From positions 1 to 39,025 of IMG/VR virus record IMGVR_UViG_3300010206_000005: a stretch of DNA of 39,025 nucleotides. One strand, given 5' to 3'. Position 1 is the stretch's first letter. Each line of letters opens with the position of its first letter. This DNA comes from a virus (lineage: Duplodnaviria; Caudoviricetes). Shown piece by piece: positions 17,216-26,907 of the stretch. The notes beneath the pieces were generated by a model that saw only the letters and a list, made by a program, of their open reading frames with translations, did no database searches and was not told the DNA's origin. The position numbers and the translations under genes are program-made.

Positions 17216-18781
17216 ATGGCCACGTCCAGCTTGATCGACCCGGTGACGAGCAAGCCAATCGAATACGACCGCCTCACCTCCGAGGAATCCGGTCCGACGA
17301 TCGCCGGTGTCCGCCAGATCGTCAGTGACCATCCGTGGCAGGGCATGACGCCGTACCGCCTGGGTCAAGTGATGTTGGCGGCCGAGCAAGGCGATGCCGA
17401 GGCCTACCTGGAGGTGGCCGAGGAGATCGAAGAGAAGGACCTGCACTATCGCGCGGTGATGGGTACCCGCAAGCTTCAGGTCAGTCAGTTGCCGATCACC
17501 GTCGAGGCAGCCAGCGACGATCCGCAGGACCAGGACGACGCAGACTTCGTGCGCGAACACTTGGTCGATAGCGGGGTGATTTCGGACTACCTGTTCGACC
17601 AGCTCGACGGCATCGGCAAGGGCTATAGCGTCGGCGAGATCATCTGGCGCACCGACAAAAACCTGTGGCTACCCGCCCGCATCGAATGGCGCGACCCGCG
17701 CTGGTTCGAGTTCGACAGAACCGACGGGCGCACTCTGCTGCTCAAGGGCGGTGCCGAGGGTTTCGGTCCGGCCCAGCCGCTCAAGCCCTATGGCTATGTC
17801 ACCCACATCCACAAGACCAAGTCCGGTCTGCCGATCCGGGGCGGTCTGGCCCGCCCGGCCGCGTGGCTGATCCTGTTTAAGGTGTTCGACGTCAAGAGCT
17901 GGGTCGAATTCCTCGAAGGCTTCGGCCAGCCTGTACGCTTGGGCAAGTACAAACCCGGCGCCAGCAAAGAGGACAAGGCGACCCTGTTGCGGGCGGTGCG
18001 CAGCATGTGGAAGGACAGCGCCGCCATCATCCCGGACAGCATGGTGGTGGAGTGGCTGGAGGCCAAAACTACCGGCTCCACCACCCTACAGCAGGATTTC
18101 GCCGACTGGTGTGACCGGCAGATCAGCAAGCTCGTCCTTGGCCAGACTGGCACCACCGACGTCGGTCAGCATGTCGGCACCGCCAAGGCTCACGACAAGG
18201 TCAAGGACGACATCGAGCGCGACGATGGTCGGCAATCCGCCAACAGTCTGCAAGATGGCTTGGTCCGCCCGACCATCGATCTCAACCGTGGCCCACGCAA
18301 GCGCTACCCCCGCCTCAAGATTGAGCGCCCCGACGCCGTCGATACCAAGTTATTCATGGAAACGGTGGAGAAGTTCGTGAACTTGGGCGGCGAGGTCGAG
18401 CAGTCGGTGGTCCGTGATAAGCTCGGCCTGCCCGATCCGCCTCAGGTCGAGGGAGTCAAGTTGCTGCGCGCCAGTGGCCGTGGCGATCCGCTTGCCGGGC
18501 CAGGACTGTCCACCGATCCCACCAGCCCGGTCCAGACGGCCAGCCAGAAGCTTGATGGCACCACGGACCCTATCGACGAAATCGAACAGACCGGCCTCGA
18601 CGGCTGGGAAGAGCAGATCGCCCCGGTGATCGATCCGGTGCGCACCCTGATCGACGGCGCCGCCAGCTACGAGGAGGCCATTGCTGGTCTCAAGTCTCTG
18701 GAGATGGATAGCTCGCACCTGGTCGAAGCTCTGACCCGGGCCATGTTCCTGTCGCGTGTTGTCGGCGATCAGGTGGATTGA
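17216..18781 (+). CDS. Portal protein (Mu gp29, DUF935)
   Basis: AAEQGD...EEIEEKD.HY...RK, KGYSVGEIIW, FLEGFGQPVRLGKY, ISKLVLGQT. Confidence 0.93.
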   Translation: MATSSLIDPVTSKPIEYDRLTSEESGPTIAGVRQIVSDHPWQGMTPYRLGQVMLAAEQGDAEAYLEVAEEIEEKDLHYRAVMGTRKLQVSQLPITVEAASDDPQDQDDADFVREHLVDSGVISDYLFDQLDGIGKGYSVGEIIWRTDKNLWLPARIEWRDPRWFEFDRTDGRTLLLKGGAEGFGPAQPLKPYGYVTHIHKTKSGLPIRGGLARPAAWLILFKVFDVKSWVEFLEGFGQPVRLGKYKPGASKEDKATLLRAVRSMWKDSAAIIPDSMVVEWLEAKTTGSTTLQQDFADWCDRQISKLVLGQTGTTDVGQHVGTAKAHDKVKDDIERDDGRQSANSLQDGLVRPTIDLNRGPRKRYPRLKIERPDAVDTKLFMETVEKFVNLGGEVEQSVVRDKLGLPDPPQVEGVKLLRASGRGDPLAGPGLSTDPTSPVQTASQKLDGTTDPIDEIEQTGLDGWEEQIAPVIDPVRTLIDGAASYEEAIAGLKSLEMDSSHLVEALTRAMFLSRVVGDQVD

Positions 18782-19695
18782 TGGCCGAGCGTCCCCAGCG
18801 CGAGTTCACTGCCAAGCCAGGGTTTCGCTTCGGCGATCCGGTTGACGACTCGCCGCGTATCGGCCCGTCGCCCGAGGTGCTGGCCTTCATAAAGCACAAG
18901 GGCTGGAAACCGGCATTCAGCTACAAGGACGTCTGGGGCGAGGAACACGCCTTCGCGTTCACGGTGGCGAAGGCCGTGGAACTGGACGTGCTCACCACCA
19001 TCCGCGAGGCGCTGGAGAAGGCCCTGGAAGAAGGCATCCCGTTCGAGCAATTCAAGAAGGATCTGGCGCCCCGCTTGCGCGAGCTGGGCTGGTGGGGGCG
19101 CAAAGACATGGTAGACCCATTGACCGGGGAGACCGTCTCGTCCCGCCTCGGCAGCCCACGACGCCTCCGGACCATCTATTGGGCCAACACCCGCTCGGCC
19201 CGTGCCGCCGGGCAGTGGGAGCGGGCACAGCGCACCAAGGATGCCCTGCCGTATCTGATCTACGAGTTGGGACCGTCCGAGCACCACCGACCGCACCACG
19301 CTTCCAAGGCCGGCCTGATCCTGCCCATCGACGATCCATTCTGGGATTCGTGGATGTTCCCAAACGGCTGGCTCTGCAAGTGCCGGTCCCGCCAGATCGG
19401 CGAGGCCGAGGCGGGCCGAAAGGGCGGCGTCGGCACGGCACCGGTGGTGCCCACCCGCACCTGGCGCAACAGCCGCACTGGCGAAGTGTTGCAGGTACCT
19501 GAAGGAATCGATCCCGCCTGGAACTGCAACCCCGGCAAAAATCGTCAGCAGAATCTCGACCGGGCGCTGGCGGGAAAGCTTAAAGCAATGCCTGCGGATC
19601 TGGCTGAGGTGGCGATCCGCGACATGAAGGCGTCGGGGCGGTTTAAAGGCGCGCTGATGGCCCTCGACGGGGGATTGCCGGACGGGCGGTTTTAA
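18781..19695 (+). CDS. Head morphogenesis protein (Mu gp30/MuF, short form)
   Basis: AFTVAKA, RRLRTIYWAN, RPHH, DDPFW...PNGWLCKC, GIDPAWNCNPG. Confidence 0.92.
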   Translation: MAERPQREFTAKPGFRFGDPVDDSPRIGPSPEVLAFIKHKGWKPAFSYKDVWGEEHAFAFTVAKAVELDVLTTIREALEKALEEGIPFEQFKKDLAPRLRELGWWGRKDMVDPLTGETVSSRLGSPRRLRTIYWANTRSARAAGQWERAQRTKDALPYLIYELGPSEHHRPHHASKAGLILPIDDPFWDSWMFPNGWLCKCRSRQIGEAEAGRKGGVGTAPVVPTRTWRNSRTGEVLQVPEGIDPAWNCNPGKNRQQNLDRALAGKLKAMPADLAEVAIRDMKASGRFKGALMALDGGLPDGRF

Positions 19696-19847
19696 GCCCC
19701 GCTGACGGGCAGTAATCCGGGCGGGGAGCGATGCCGCTGAAAAATCCTTAAAAGCAAATTTGAAAGCCCGCAGGCGGAACGGCGGGCAGTTGCGGAGGTC
19801 TTATCCCGGGGGTATGGTCAATCCACCCCCATAAGCGGACGGCTTTA

Positions 19848-19911
19848 CCTGAAATCCTTCAGGGTTAATCCCCTGTGATTGCCGCCTTAAGGTCGCTCCA
19901 TCCACTCCCGG
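19848..19911 (+). promoter_or_regulatory. Late promoter (PI-like) upstream of the protease gene
   Basis: Second exact copy of CCTGAAATCCTTCAGGG; -10-like TAAGGT downstream. Confidence 0.75.
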
Positions 19912-21060
19912 ATGGACAGACTGACCGTGCCTCACCCTGCCACCGCCCCGATCATTATCGCCACCGCCAGCGCCGAAGTCGCGCCCGGCGCCGAGTGGAT
20001 CAAGCTGATGCCCTGCGGGATCATCCGTGGCCGGGACGGGCGCGGCCCCTATGTGCTGAAAGACCAGTCGCACGCCCAGCAGGTCGTCGTCGCCACCCAA
20101 GCCTATCAGGCTGGTGCCGATCTGCCGATCGATTACGACCACCAGACCCAGCGGGCTCCGGTCAACGGCCAGCCGGTGCTGGCCTCGGGGTGGATCAAGA
20201 CTCTCGAAGCCAGATCCGACGGCATCTACGGCCAGGTCGAATGGACCGAAACCGCCGCCGCCCGTCTGGCCGCCCGCGAATACCGCTATTTCAGCCCCGC
20301 CTGGATCGGCGCTGGCCCGGACAGTACCGGCCCGGTCGTGCGCCTCGTCGGCGGTGGTCTGACCAATCTGCCCAACTTCCCGCTGCCCGCCATCGCCTCC
20401 CAAACCCCTGGAGATTCCATGGACCCTGATCTGATCAAGGCGCTCGGTCTGTCGGCCGACGTCACGCCCGCCACTGCCGCCGCCCATGCCCAGGCCCTGA
20501 CCGATGGGGCCAAGGCCATCGCCACCCTGGTTGGTGTGTCGGCCGACGCCACGCCCACCCAGATCGCCACCGCCGCGCAAGCGGCTGTGACGGCCGTTGC
20601 CGCCGCCCTCAAGCTGTCCGGCCCGGCGACGTTGCCCCAGATCGCCACCGCCGCTCAGCAGTTGGCCACTCCGCTTTTGGGCATCAGTCCTGCCCAGCCC
20701 GACCTGACCAAATACGTCCCGATGGACGTCCATGTCGCGGTCGCGTCGCAGTTGGCCACCCTGCAGGGCGAGGTCGGCACCTCAGAGGTTACCCGAGTGG
20801 TCGATGATGCGATCCAGGCCGGGAAGGTCACCCCGGCCACCAAGGACTGGGCGGTGGCTTATGCCTCCCAGGACCTCCCCGGCTTCAAAAGCTACGTCGA
20901 AAAGGCCCCGGTCCTGGTCGCGGCGGCCAGCCAGCAGTCTGGTATCGCCACCCCGCCGGCGGCTACCGCCGCGCAGCGGCTATCGGCCGAAGAGGTCGCG
21001 GTCGCCCATCAACTCGGTCTGACCGAGGACCAGTACCTCAAGACCAAGGGAGGTAAATGA
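19912..21060 (+). CDS. Prohead protease I (Mu gp32) with probable in-frame scaffold Z
   Basis: WIKLMPCG..GRDGR, LPIDYDHQ, ASGWI, VEWT..A, EYRYFSP, GLTNLP; internal GGAG-RBS ATG at 20419. Confidence 0.92.
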   Translation: MDRLTVPHPATAPIIIATASAEVAPGAEWIKLMPCGIIRGRDGRGPYVLKDQSHAQQVVVATQAYQAGADLPIDYDHQTQRAPVNGQPVLASGWIKTLEARSDGIYGQVEWTETAAARLAAREYRYFSPAWIGAGPDSTGPVVRLVGGGLTNLPNFPLPAIASQTPGDSMDPDLIKALGLSADVTPATAAAHAQALTDGAKAIATLVGVSADATPTQIATAAQAAVTAVAAALKLSGPATLPQIATAAQQLATPLLGISPAQPDLTKYVPMDVHVAVASQLATLQGEVGTSEVTRVVDDAIQAGKVTPATKDWAVAYASQDLPGFKSYVEKAPVLVAAASQQSGIATPPAATAAQRLSAEEVAVAHQLGLTEDQYLKTKGGK

Positions 21061-21061
21061 G

Positions 21062-21469
21062 ATGGCCGCGATGACCAAAGGCCGCCGCGTCATCGAGCGC
21101 GATGGCGAGTCCGTTTCCCATCCTCTGGCTGCCGGAGCCAAGATCTACGGTGGTGCCCTGGCGGTGCTCGACGGCGGTTATCTCAAGCCTGGGCGCACCG
21201 CCGTCGGGCTGAAAGCCGTCGGCGTCAGCACCGACGATGCCGACAACAGCGGCGGCGCGGCCGGGGCGATCTCGGTCACCGTCTGCCGCCGCCCCGCCTT
21301 TCAGTTCGCCAATTTCGCCGCTGACTTGGTCGGTCGGCCGCATATCGGTGGCACCGCCTACGTCATCGACGATCAGACCGTCGCCGCCACCGATGGCGCG
21401 GGCACCCGCTCGGCTGCGGGGCGGATCATCGACGTCGATGCCGCTGGCGTCTGGATCGAATTCGTTTAA
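21062..21469 (+). CDS. Head decoration/cement-like protein
   Basis: AAGAKIYGGAL, ADNSGGAAGAISV, YVIDDQTVA..DGAGTRSAAG; between protease and capsid. Confidence 0.8.
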   Translation: MAAMTKGRRVIERDGESVSHPLAAGAKIYGGALAVLDGGYLKPGRTAVGLKAVGVSTDDADNSGGAAGAISVTVCRRPAFQFANFAADLVGRPHIGGTAYVIDDQTVAATDGAGTRSAAGRIIDVDAAGVWIEFV

Positions 21470-21481
21470 GGAGCACCGTCG

Positions 21482-22384
21482 ATGCGCGTGATTACCCCTC
21501 AGTTGTTGAGTGCCGCAGGAATCGGATTCAACACGTCTTTCAATCAGGGTGTCGAACAGGTCACGGTGTCCTGGCCCAGGATCGCCATGCTGTGCCCCAG
21601 CTTCGGGTCGGCCGAGATCTATCCGTGGCTCAAAACGCTCCCCGGCATGCGCGAATGGATCGGCGAACGTTTCATCAACCGTTTGGAAGCCGAGGGCTTT
21701 CGGGTCGCGAACCGCAAGTTCGAGGAGACTTACGCCGTCAGGCGCGAGGATCTGGAGGACGATAAACTCGGCCTCTATGGCCCGGCGTTTAAAATGCTGG
21801 GCGAGTCGGCGGCGCAGTTGCCTGACGAACTGGTTTGGGCATTGCTTCCCCAGGGCTTTGCCACGGTCACCTGGGATGGCCAGTACTTCTTCGACACCGA
21901 CCATCCCGTTCTGGCGAAAGACGGCTCGGTCAAGTCGGTGTCCAACTTCGGCGGCGGCACTGGTCCGGCGTGGTATCTGGTCAAGACCACCGGCATCCGC
22001 CGACCCTTCATTTTCCAGCGGCGGACTGAGGTCGAGTTCGTCCGCAAGGACAGGATCGACGATGACAACGTCTTCCTGTCTGACGAATTCCTCTATGGCA
22101 CGCGGTTGCGCTGCAATGCCGCCTTCGGCTTCTGGCAATTGATCTACGTGTCGCGACAGCCGCTGACCACGGCCTCTTTCAACACCGCTTACGACGCCAT
22201 GTGCGCGATTACCGGCGATTACGATCGCCCGATCGACACCAAGCCCAACCTGTTGATCGTGCCGACCAATCTGCGCGGCGCCGCCAACGAGGTGATCTCA
22301 GCTGAACGTCTGGCCGATGGCGCGACCAATACCAACCGGGGCCTGGTCGAAATCCTCGTCGAACAGCGTCTGCCGACCGCGTAA
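21482..22384 (+). CDS. Major capsid protein (Mu gpT)
   Basis: YPWLKTLPGMREWIGER, NRKFE.T..V.R.D.EDD..G.Y, DGQYFFDTDHPV, PFIFQRR, FGFWQL. Confidence 0.95.
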   Translation: MRVITPQLLSAAGIGFNTSFNQGVEQVTVSWPRIAMLCPSFGSAEIYPWLKTLPGMREWIGERFINRLEAEGFRVANRKFEETYAVRREDLEDDKLGLYGPAFKMLGESAAQLPDELVWALLPQGFATVTWDGQYFFDTDHPVLAKDGSVKSVSNFGGGTGPAWYLVKTTGIRRPFIFQRRTEVEFVRKDRIDDDNVFLSDEFLYGTRLRCNAAFGFWQLIYVSRQPLTTASFNTAYDAMCAITGDYDRPIDTKPNLLIVPTNLRGAANEVISAERLADGATNTNRGLVEILVEQRLPTA

Positions 22385-22398
22385 CGGAGTCTGATCCC

Positions 22399-22647
22399 AT
22401 GGCCTATAAAATCCGCATCATCGCCAAGCGCGACGGGTTCCGCCGCTGCGGCATCGCCCACCCCGAAACGCCGACCCTGTACGACTCCGACGAGTTTTCA
22501 GCCGAAGAAGTGGCCGCACTCGGTGCCGAGCCGATGCTGGTGGTCGATCTGGTCGAGGTTGACGACGCAGGAGAGGCCAAGCTGGTCGCGTCCACCAGCA
22601 AGCCCGGCAAAGGTGGCAAGACCGCCAAGGAACCGATGGACACGTAA
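22399..22647 (+). CDS. HI1506-like protein (Mu gp35 position)
   Basis: IRIIAKRDGFRRCGIAH...FSAEEVAALGAEPMLVV. Confidence 0.82.
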   Translation: MAYKIRIIAKRDGFRRCGIAHPETPTLYDSDEFSAEEVAALGAEPMLVVDLVEVDDAGEAKLVASTSKPGKGGKTAKEPMDT

Positions 22648-22808
22648 TACCAGAGGGGCGGCCAGTCGTGCCCCACCAACGCCGACGACGAGGCAACCGG
22701 GCCAGGGCCGGTGCTTCCGAGGCAATTGCAAGTCCCCGGATGGGATGGCCCGGCCTCCCGTCCATCCGGGGCACAGGATTAATGCGGGATTTAATCGGGG
22801 TTAAAGCG

Positions 22809-23237
22809 ATGGTTTACGCCTCCCAGTCCGACATCGTCGACGCCTATGGGCTCGATCTGCTGACCATCGTCGCCGACCGCGACGGTGACGGCGAGATCGA
22901 CGCCAACGTCGTCGAGCGTGCCCTGACGTCGGCGTCGGCCATCATCGACGCCCATGTCCTCGGCCGCTATCCCGCCCCTTGGCCGGTGGTGCCCGACCTC
23001 GTGCGCGATGTCTGCGTGGACATCGCCCTTTACAAGCTGTCAGGCGAGGGCAACGGCCTGACCGATGAACGGCGCAGCCGCTATGAAGACGCCCTGGCGC
23101 TGCTCAGGCGCATTTCCAGCGGCCAGGCGGATTTGGACATCCCGTCGGCCACCTCGGCACCCGCCATCCCCGACAGCAGCGTAATGCTGGACGAAGCGCC
23201 GCGCATGTACGGCCCCGACGCTCTGCGAGGCTGGTGA
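22809..23237 (+). CDS. Head-tail adaptor (Mu gp36, DUF1320)
   Basis: YASQSDI, ALTSASAIIDAHVLGRY, CVDIALYKL, RYEDALALLRRISSG. Confidence 0.9.
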   Translation: MVYASQSDIVDAYGLDLLTIVADRDGDGEIDANVVERALTSASAIIDAHVLGRYPAPWPVVPDLVRDVCVDIALYKLSGEGNGLTDERRSRYEDALALLRRISSGQADLDIPSATSAPAIPDSSVMLDEAPRMYGPDALRGW

Positions 23238-23683
23238 TGACCAGCACCGCGATTGAAATCCGCCTCGACGGACAGACCGCACTCCAGCAGCGGCTGGAAT
23301 TGCTTCCGGCCATGCGGCTCGACCCGTTGCGCCACAATATCGGCGCGCTGGTCGAAAGCCAGACCCGCCGTCGTATCCACGAGGAGAAGGAAAGCCCGGA
23401 CGGGAAGGCGTGGGAAAAATGGGGGCCGAAGTGGGCCGCCAGTCGGCACAAGGGCCATGGCCTGCTGGAGAACGAGGGCGACCTGCTCGACAGCATCCAT
23501 TTTGTCGTCGCCGGCGGCGACATCCTGGTCGGCAGCGATCTGGTCTATGCCGCCATCCACCAGTTCGGCGGTGACGAAGTCGGCATCCCGATCCCCGAGC
23601 GGCCGTATCTCGGTATGTCGGACGAGAACTGGAGCGACGTGGTCGATCTGGCCGACGCCTTTGTGACGCGGGTGCTCCATTGA
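23237..23683 (+). CDS. Virion morphogenesis / tail completion protein (Mu G / P2 S family)
   Basis: SPDGKAW, L...GDLLDSI, VGSDLVYAAIHQFGG, IPERPYLG. Confidence 0.88.
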   Translation: MTSTAIEIRLDGQTALQQRLELLPAMRLDPLRHNIGALVESQTRRRIHEEKESPDGKAWEKWGPKWAASRHKGHGLLENEGDLLDSIHFVVAGGDILVGSDLVYAAIHQFGGDEVGIPIPERPYLGMSDENWSDVVDLADAFVTRVLH

Positions 23684-24192
23684 GCGCGGCCCAGCTGATC
23701 GATCTGCGCCAGACCATCACCGATCGGATCGGCGAGTGGTTTCCAAGGGCCGACTGCGCCACCGGCCCCGGTCGGATGACCGAAGACGAGATCAAGCACA
23801 TGGCGGTCAAGACCCCGGCCATCCGCGTCGCCTGCTTAGGCCTGCCCAAAGCCGAAGCGGTGGGCGACGGCGAGGTAGACCGCGACGTGGCCATCGCCGC
23901 CTACATCCTGACCACCGACAAAGCCCGGCTGCCGCGCGACACCGCCGCCCTGGCCATGGTCGAGGAGTTGCTGTTGCGCCTGCCCGGCCAGCGCTGGGGC
24001 AAGTCCGACGTCCACCCCGTCGCCGAGAGCGCGGCAACGGCCGAGAATCTCTATTCCAGCAAGTTGGGTACGACCGGCATCACGTTGTGGGTGGTGGTGT
24101 GGACTCAATGCGTCCGTATGGGGGACAACGCCTATCCCAACGGCCCGGTGCTGTCGGCCGAGCTTTATGCCGGTGGGGAGGATACGCCATGA
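23680..24192 (+). CDS. Putative tail terminator/completion protein
   Basis: Synteny; TPAIRVACLG, AENLYS...GITLWVVVWTQ. Confidence 0.7.
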   Translation: MSAAQLIDLRQTITDRIGEWFPRADCATGPGRMTEDEIKHMAVKTPAIRVACLGLPKAEAVGDGEVDRDVAIAAYILTTDKARLPRDTAALAMVEELLLRLPGQRWGKSDVHPVAESAATAENLYSSKLGTTGITLWVVVWTQCVRMGDNAYPNGPVLSAELYAGGEDTP

Positions 24193-24788
24193 GCTTGGCC
24201 GTGATCCTCGAAGAGATGCGACAGGACATCGGCGAGTTGCAGCGGCGCCTGTCCAACATCGTGCGGCCGGGCCAGATCGTGGCGGTCGATCCGGACAACA
24301 AGCTGTGCCGCCACAAGTCGGGCGATCTGACCACCGGATGGGTGCGCTGGCTGACCGCCCGCGCCGGGACCGACCGCGAATGGTGGTGCCCGAGCGTCGG
24401 CGAGCAAGCCGTTCTGTTCTCGCCCGATGGCGAGCCCAATCAGGGCTGGGTACTCCCGGCCGGGTTCTCGAATGCTTTCCCGGCCCCCGACACCGACCCG
24501 GCCCGTCACGTCGTCACCTACGCCGACGGGATGCGGGTGATCCACGACAGCACTCAAAAGCGCCTGATCCTCGACGGCTGGGACGCCGCAGGCACCATCG
24601 ATCTGCGCGCAAAGAACATCGTCCTCAAGACTGCCGAGGGCGGTTTCTTCCACCTTGATCATGCCGGCAAGGCCACCCGCATCACCCACGTCGGCGGTAA
24701 CCAGTTCGAAACCGAGACCTGGGAGGCCGGTGCCGTCGTCACCAGTAAACCCGACCACGGTTTTCACCCTCCGGAGGTAGAGGCATGA
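24189..24788 (+). CDS. Baseplate assembly protein V (spike)
   Basis: RRLSNIVRPG.I..VD, TGWVRWLTARAG, WWCPSVGEQAVLFSPDG. Confidence 0.9.
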   Translation: MSLAVILEEMRQDIGELQRRLSNIVRPGQIVAVDPDNKLCRHKSGDLTTGWVRWLTARAGTDREWWCPSVGEQAVLFSPDGEPNQGWVLPAGFSNAFPAPDTDPARHVVTYADGMRVIHDSTQKRLILDGWDAAGTIDLRAKNIVLKTAEGGFFHLDHAGKATRITHVGGNQFETETWEAGAVVTSKPDHGFHPPEVEA

Positions 24789-25015
24789 GCACCAAGACCT
24801 ACACCCTGCTGACCGAATCCCGCCAATGGCCGACCAAGGTGGCTGGCGACACCATCGACCTGCCGCCCTCGGCCGCCAAGTATCTGGTGCAGGCCGGGGT
24901 GCTGACCGAAAAGCCCGAAGAGACCGCCGCGCCCGCCAAGCTGTCGCGTAAGTCCGCAGCCGGCGACGGCGGCAATACCAATGATGGCGGTAAAGCCGCC
25001 GGCACCGAGGGCTGA
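24785..25015 (+). CDS. Small hypothetical tail-region protein
   Basis: GGAGG RBS; GDTIDL...AAKYLV..G. Confidence 0.65.
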   Translation: MSTKTYTLLTESRQWPTKVAGDTIDLPPSAAKYLVQAGVLTEKPEETAAPAKLSRKSAAGDGGNTNDGGKAAGTEG

Positions 25016-25018
25016 CCC

Positions 25019-25357
25019 ATGCAGGGCATGGATGCGGCGACGGGCAAGCGACTGGGGGGCGTCAGCCATCTGCGCCAGTCGATCACCAAGATCCTGACCA
25101 CACGGATCGGCACGCGGGATCGCCGCCGCGCCTTTGGATCGCGCCTGCCCGAACGCATCGACAATCCGGCTGGCCCGGCGCTGGCCATCGACATCATCGC
25201 CGACACCGCCGCCGCGCTGAACGAGTGGGAGCCGCGCTATCGTCTGGAGCGCGTCATCGTCGACCAGGCCACCCAGGGCCGCTGTGTCCTGGATCTCGAC
25301 GGCATCTATCTGCCCGAGGGCCGCCGCGTCACCCTGGACGGGATCGTGATCGAATGA
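25019..25357 (+). CDS. Baseplate protein W (gp25-like)
   Basis: GMDAATGK...HLRQSI..ILTTRIGTR..RRAFGS...WEPR. Confidence 0.92.
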   Translation: MQGMDAATGKRLGGVSHLRQSITKILTTRIGTRDRRRAFGSRLPERIDNPAGPALAIDIIADTAAALNEWEPRYRLERVIVDQATQGRCVLDLDGIYLPEGRRVTLDGIVIE

Positions 25358-26280
25358 GCCGGTTCGACGATATCGACTTTGCCAGCCTGCCGGCGCCCGA
25401 CGTGGTCGAGACCCTCAACTACGAGGTGATCCTGGCCACGATGCTGGCGCGCTACGAGGCGGCGGCCAGGGCCAAGGGGCTGGACGTCTCAGCCAGCATC
25501 ATGCTGGAAAGCGACCCGGCCAAAATCGTCCTGGAAGTCGGTGCCGAAATGGTGGTCCAGGAGCGGCAGAAGCGCAATGACGCAGCCATTGCCGTGATGC
25601 TGGCCAAGGCCAAGAACAAAGATCTCGACGTCGCCGCCGCCCACTTCAAGGTCAAGCGCCAGCTCATCGATCCCGGTGACCCGACCGCCATTCCGCCGGT
25701 CGATCCGACCTATGAGGAGGACGACGCGCTGCGCCGCCGCGCTCATTTGGCCTATGAGGCGTTGAGCGTCGCCGGCCCGCGCGGTGCCTACATCTTCCAC
25801 GCCCTGTCAGCCCACCCTAAGGTTAAAGACGCCTGGGCCGAGCGGACCTCGCCCGGCCACATCCTGGTGACTATCCTGGGCCGTGACGGCGACGGCACCC
25901 CCAGCGAGGAGGTCCTGCAGGCAGTCCGCGACAAGATCGCACCCGCCGATCAGATGCAGGAGCTGCGTCCGGATAGCGATGACGTCACCGTAGTCGGCGC
26001 CACCGTGGTGCATTACCGCATCGAGGCCGCGCTGGACCTCTATAGTTTGCCCGATGCCGAGGCTGCTCTGTCTGCCGCCAAGGTCAACACCGTGGCCTAC
26101 GCCGCCAAGCAGCACAAGCTGATGGAGCCGGTGGCCCATTCCGGTCTGGATGGCGCAATGCACGTCGCCGCGGTCCGTGAAGTCCATATCATCGAGCCGG
26201 CCGCCACCTTGGCCGCCCAGTCGCGCACCGCCTATTACTGCGACGGCATCGACATCCGCGTGCGGGGGGCTTCGGCATGA
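25354..26280 (+). CDS. Baseplate assembly protein J
   Basis: LPAPDVVETLNYE, LESDP, EEDDALRRR, SVAGPRGAYIFHALSA. Confidence 0.92.
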   Translation: MSRFDDIDFASLPAPDVVETLNYEVILATMLARYEAAARAKGLDVSASIMLESDPAKIVLEVGAEMVVQERQKRNDAAIAVMLAKAKNKDLDVAAAHFKVKRQLIDPGDPTAIPPVDPTYEEDDALRRRAHLAYEALSVAGPRGAYIFHALSAHPKVKDAWAERTSPGHILVTILGRDGDGTPSEEVLQAVRDKIAPADQMQELRPDSDDVTVVGATVVHYRIEAALDLYSLPDAEAALSAAKVNTVAYAAKQHKLMEPVAHSGLDGAMHVAAVREVHIIEPAATLAAQSRTAYYCDGIDIRVRGASA

Positions 26281-26906
26281 CGCTGCAACCCAGCAACGCC
26301 ACCCCGTTTGAGATCGCGCTGGAGCACGCGCTGGCGCTGCTCACCGAGATTCCCAATCCGATCGACACGCTGTGGGACCCGTGGAAGTGCCCGGTGCAGT
26401 TTTTGCCCTGGCTGGCTTGGCAATACAGTGTCGATTACTGGCGGGGCGATTGGTCCGAGACGGTCAAGCGCCAAGTGATCGACGCGGCCTACTCCGTGCA
26501 CCGAATTAAAGGCACTTTACCGGCCATTAAATCGGGGATCGCCAGCCTCGGCATCGAGGCCAGCATCGTGCGCTGGTTCGAGACCACCCCCAAGGGCCTG
26601 CCCTACACCATGACGGTGACCGCCTGGGCCAAGCCCGCCAGCGAGACCACCATCGTCCTCGATGCCGGTGGCCAGCACGACTTGATCGAGATGGTCGATG
26701 CCACCAAGGCGCTCCGCACCGATGCCTCCATCCGCATCGGATCGGCCCAGGCTGCCGCTCTGGGGTTCGCCGCCGTTGGCGCGCCCCGGCAAATCATTAC
26801 CGCCACTACGCCCGCAATCGCCCGTGACGGTGCCAGCGCGGGCCTTGGGTTTGCCGGTGTCACCCATGTCGCCCCCCGTTTTCGCGCTTTGACGAAGGCC
26901 GCCTGA
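26277..26906 (+). CDS. Tail protein I (P2-type)
   Basis: LQPSNATPFE, LWDPWKCPVQFLPWLAW..SVD.W, HRIKGT. Confidence 0.92.
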   Translation: MTLQPSNATPFEIALEHALALLTEIPNPIDTLWDPWKCPVQFLPWLAWQYSVDYWRGDWSETVKRQVIDAAYSVHRIKGTLPAIKSGIASLGIEASIVRWFETTPKGLPYTMTVTAWAKPASETTIVLDAGGQHDLIEMVDATKALRTDASIRIGSAQAAALGFAAVGAPRQIITATTPAIARDGASAGLGFAGVTHVAPRFRALTKAA

Positions 26907-26907
26907 C

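Noticed and set aside
18781-19695. MuF as a polymorphic toxin carrier
   Set aside because: The protein ends shortly after the MuF domain; no toxin extension or immunity gene
22779-22804. CtrA box (TTAA-N7-TTAA)
   Set aside because: Spacings are N8 and N6 (N9 at 800-816), not N7
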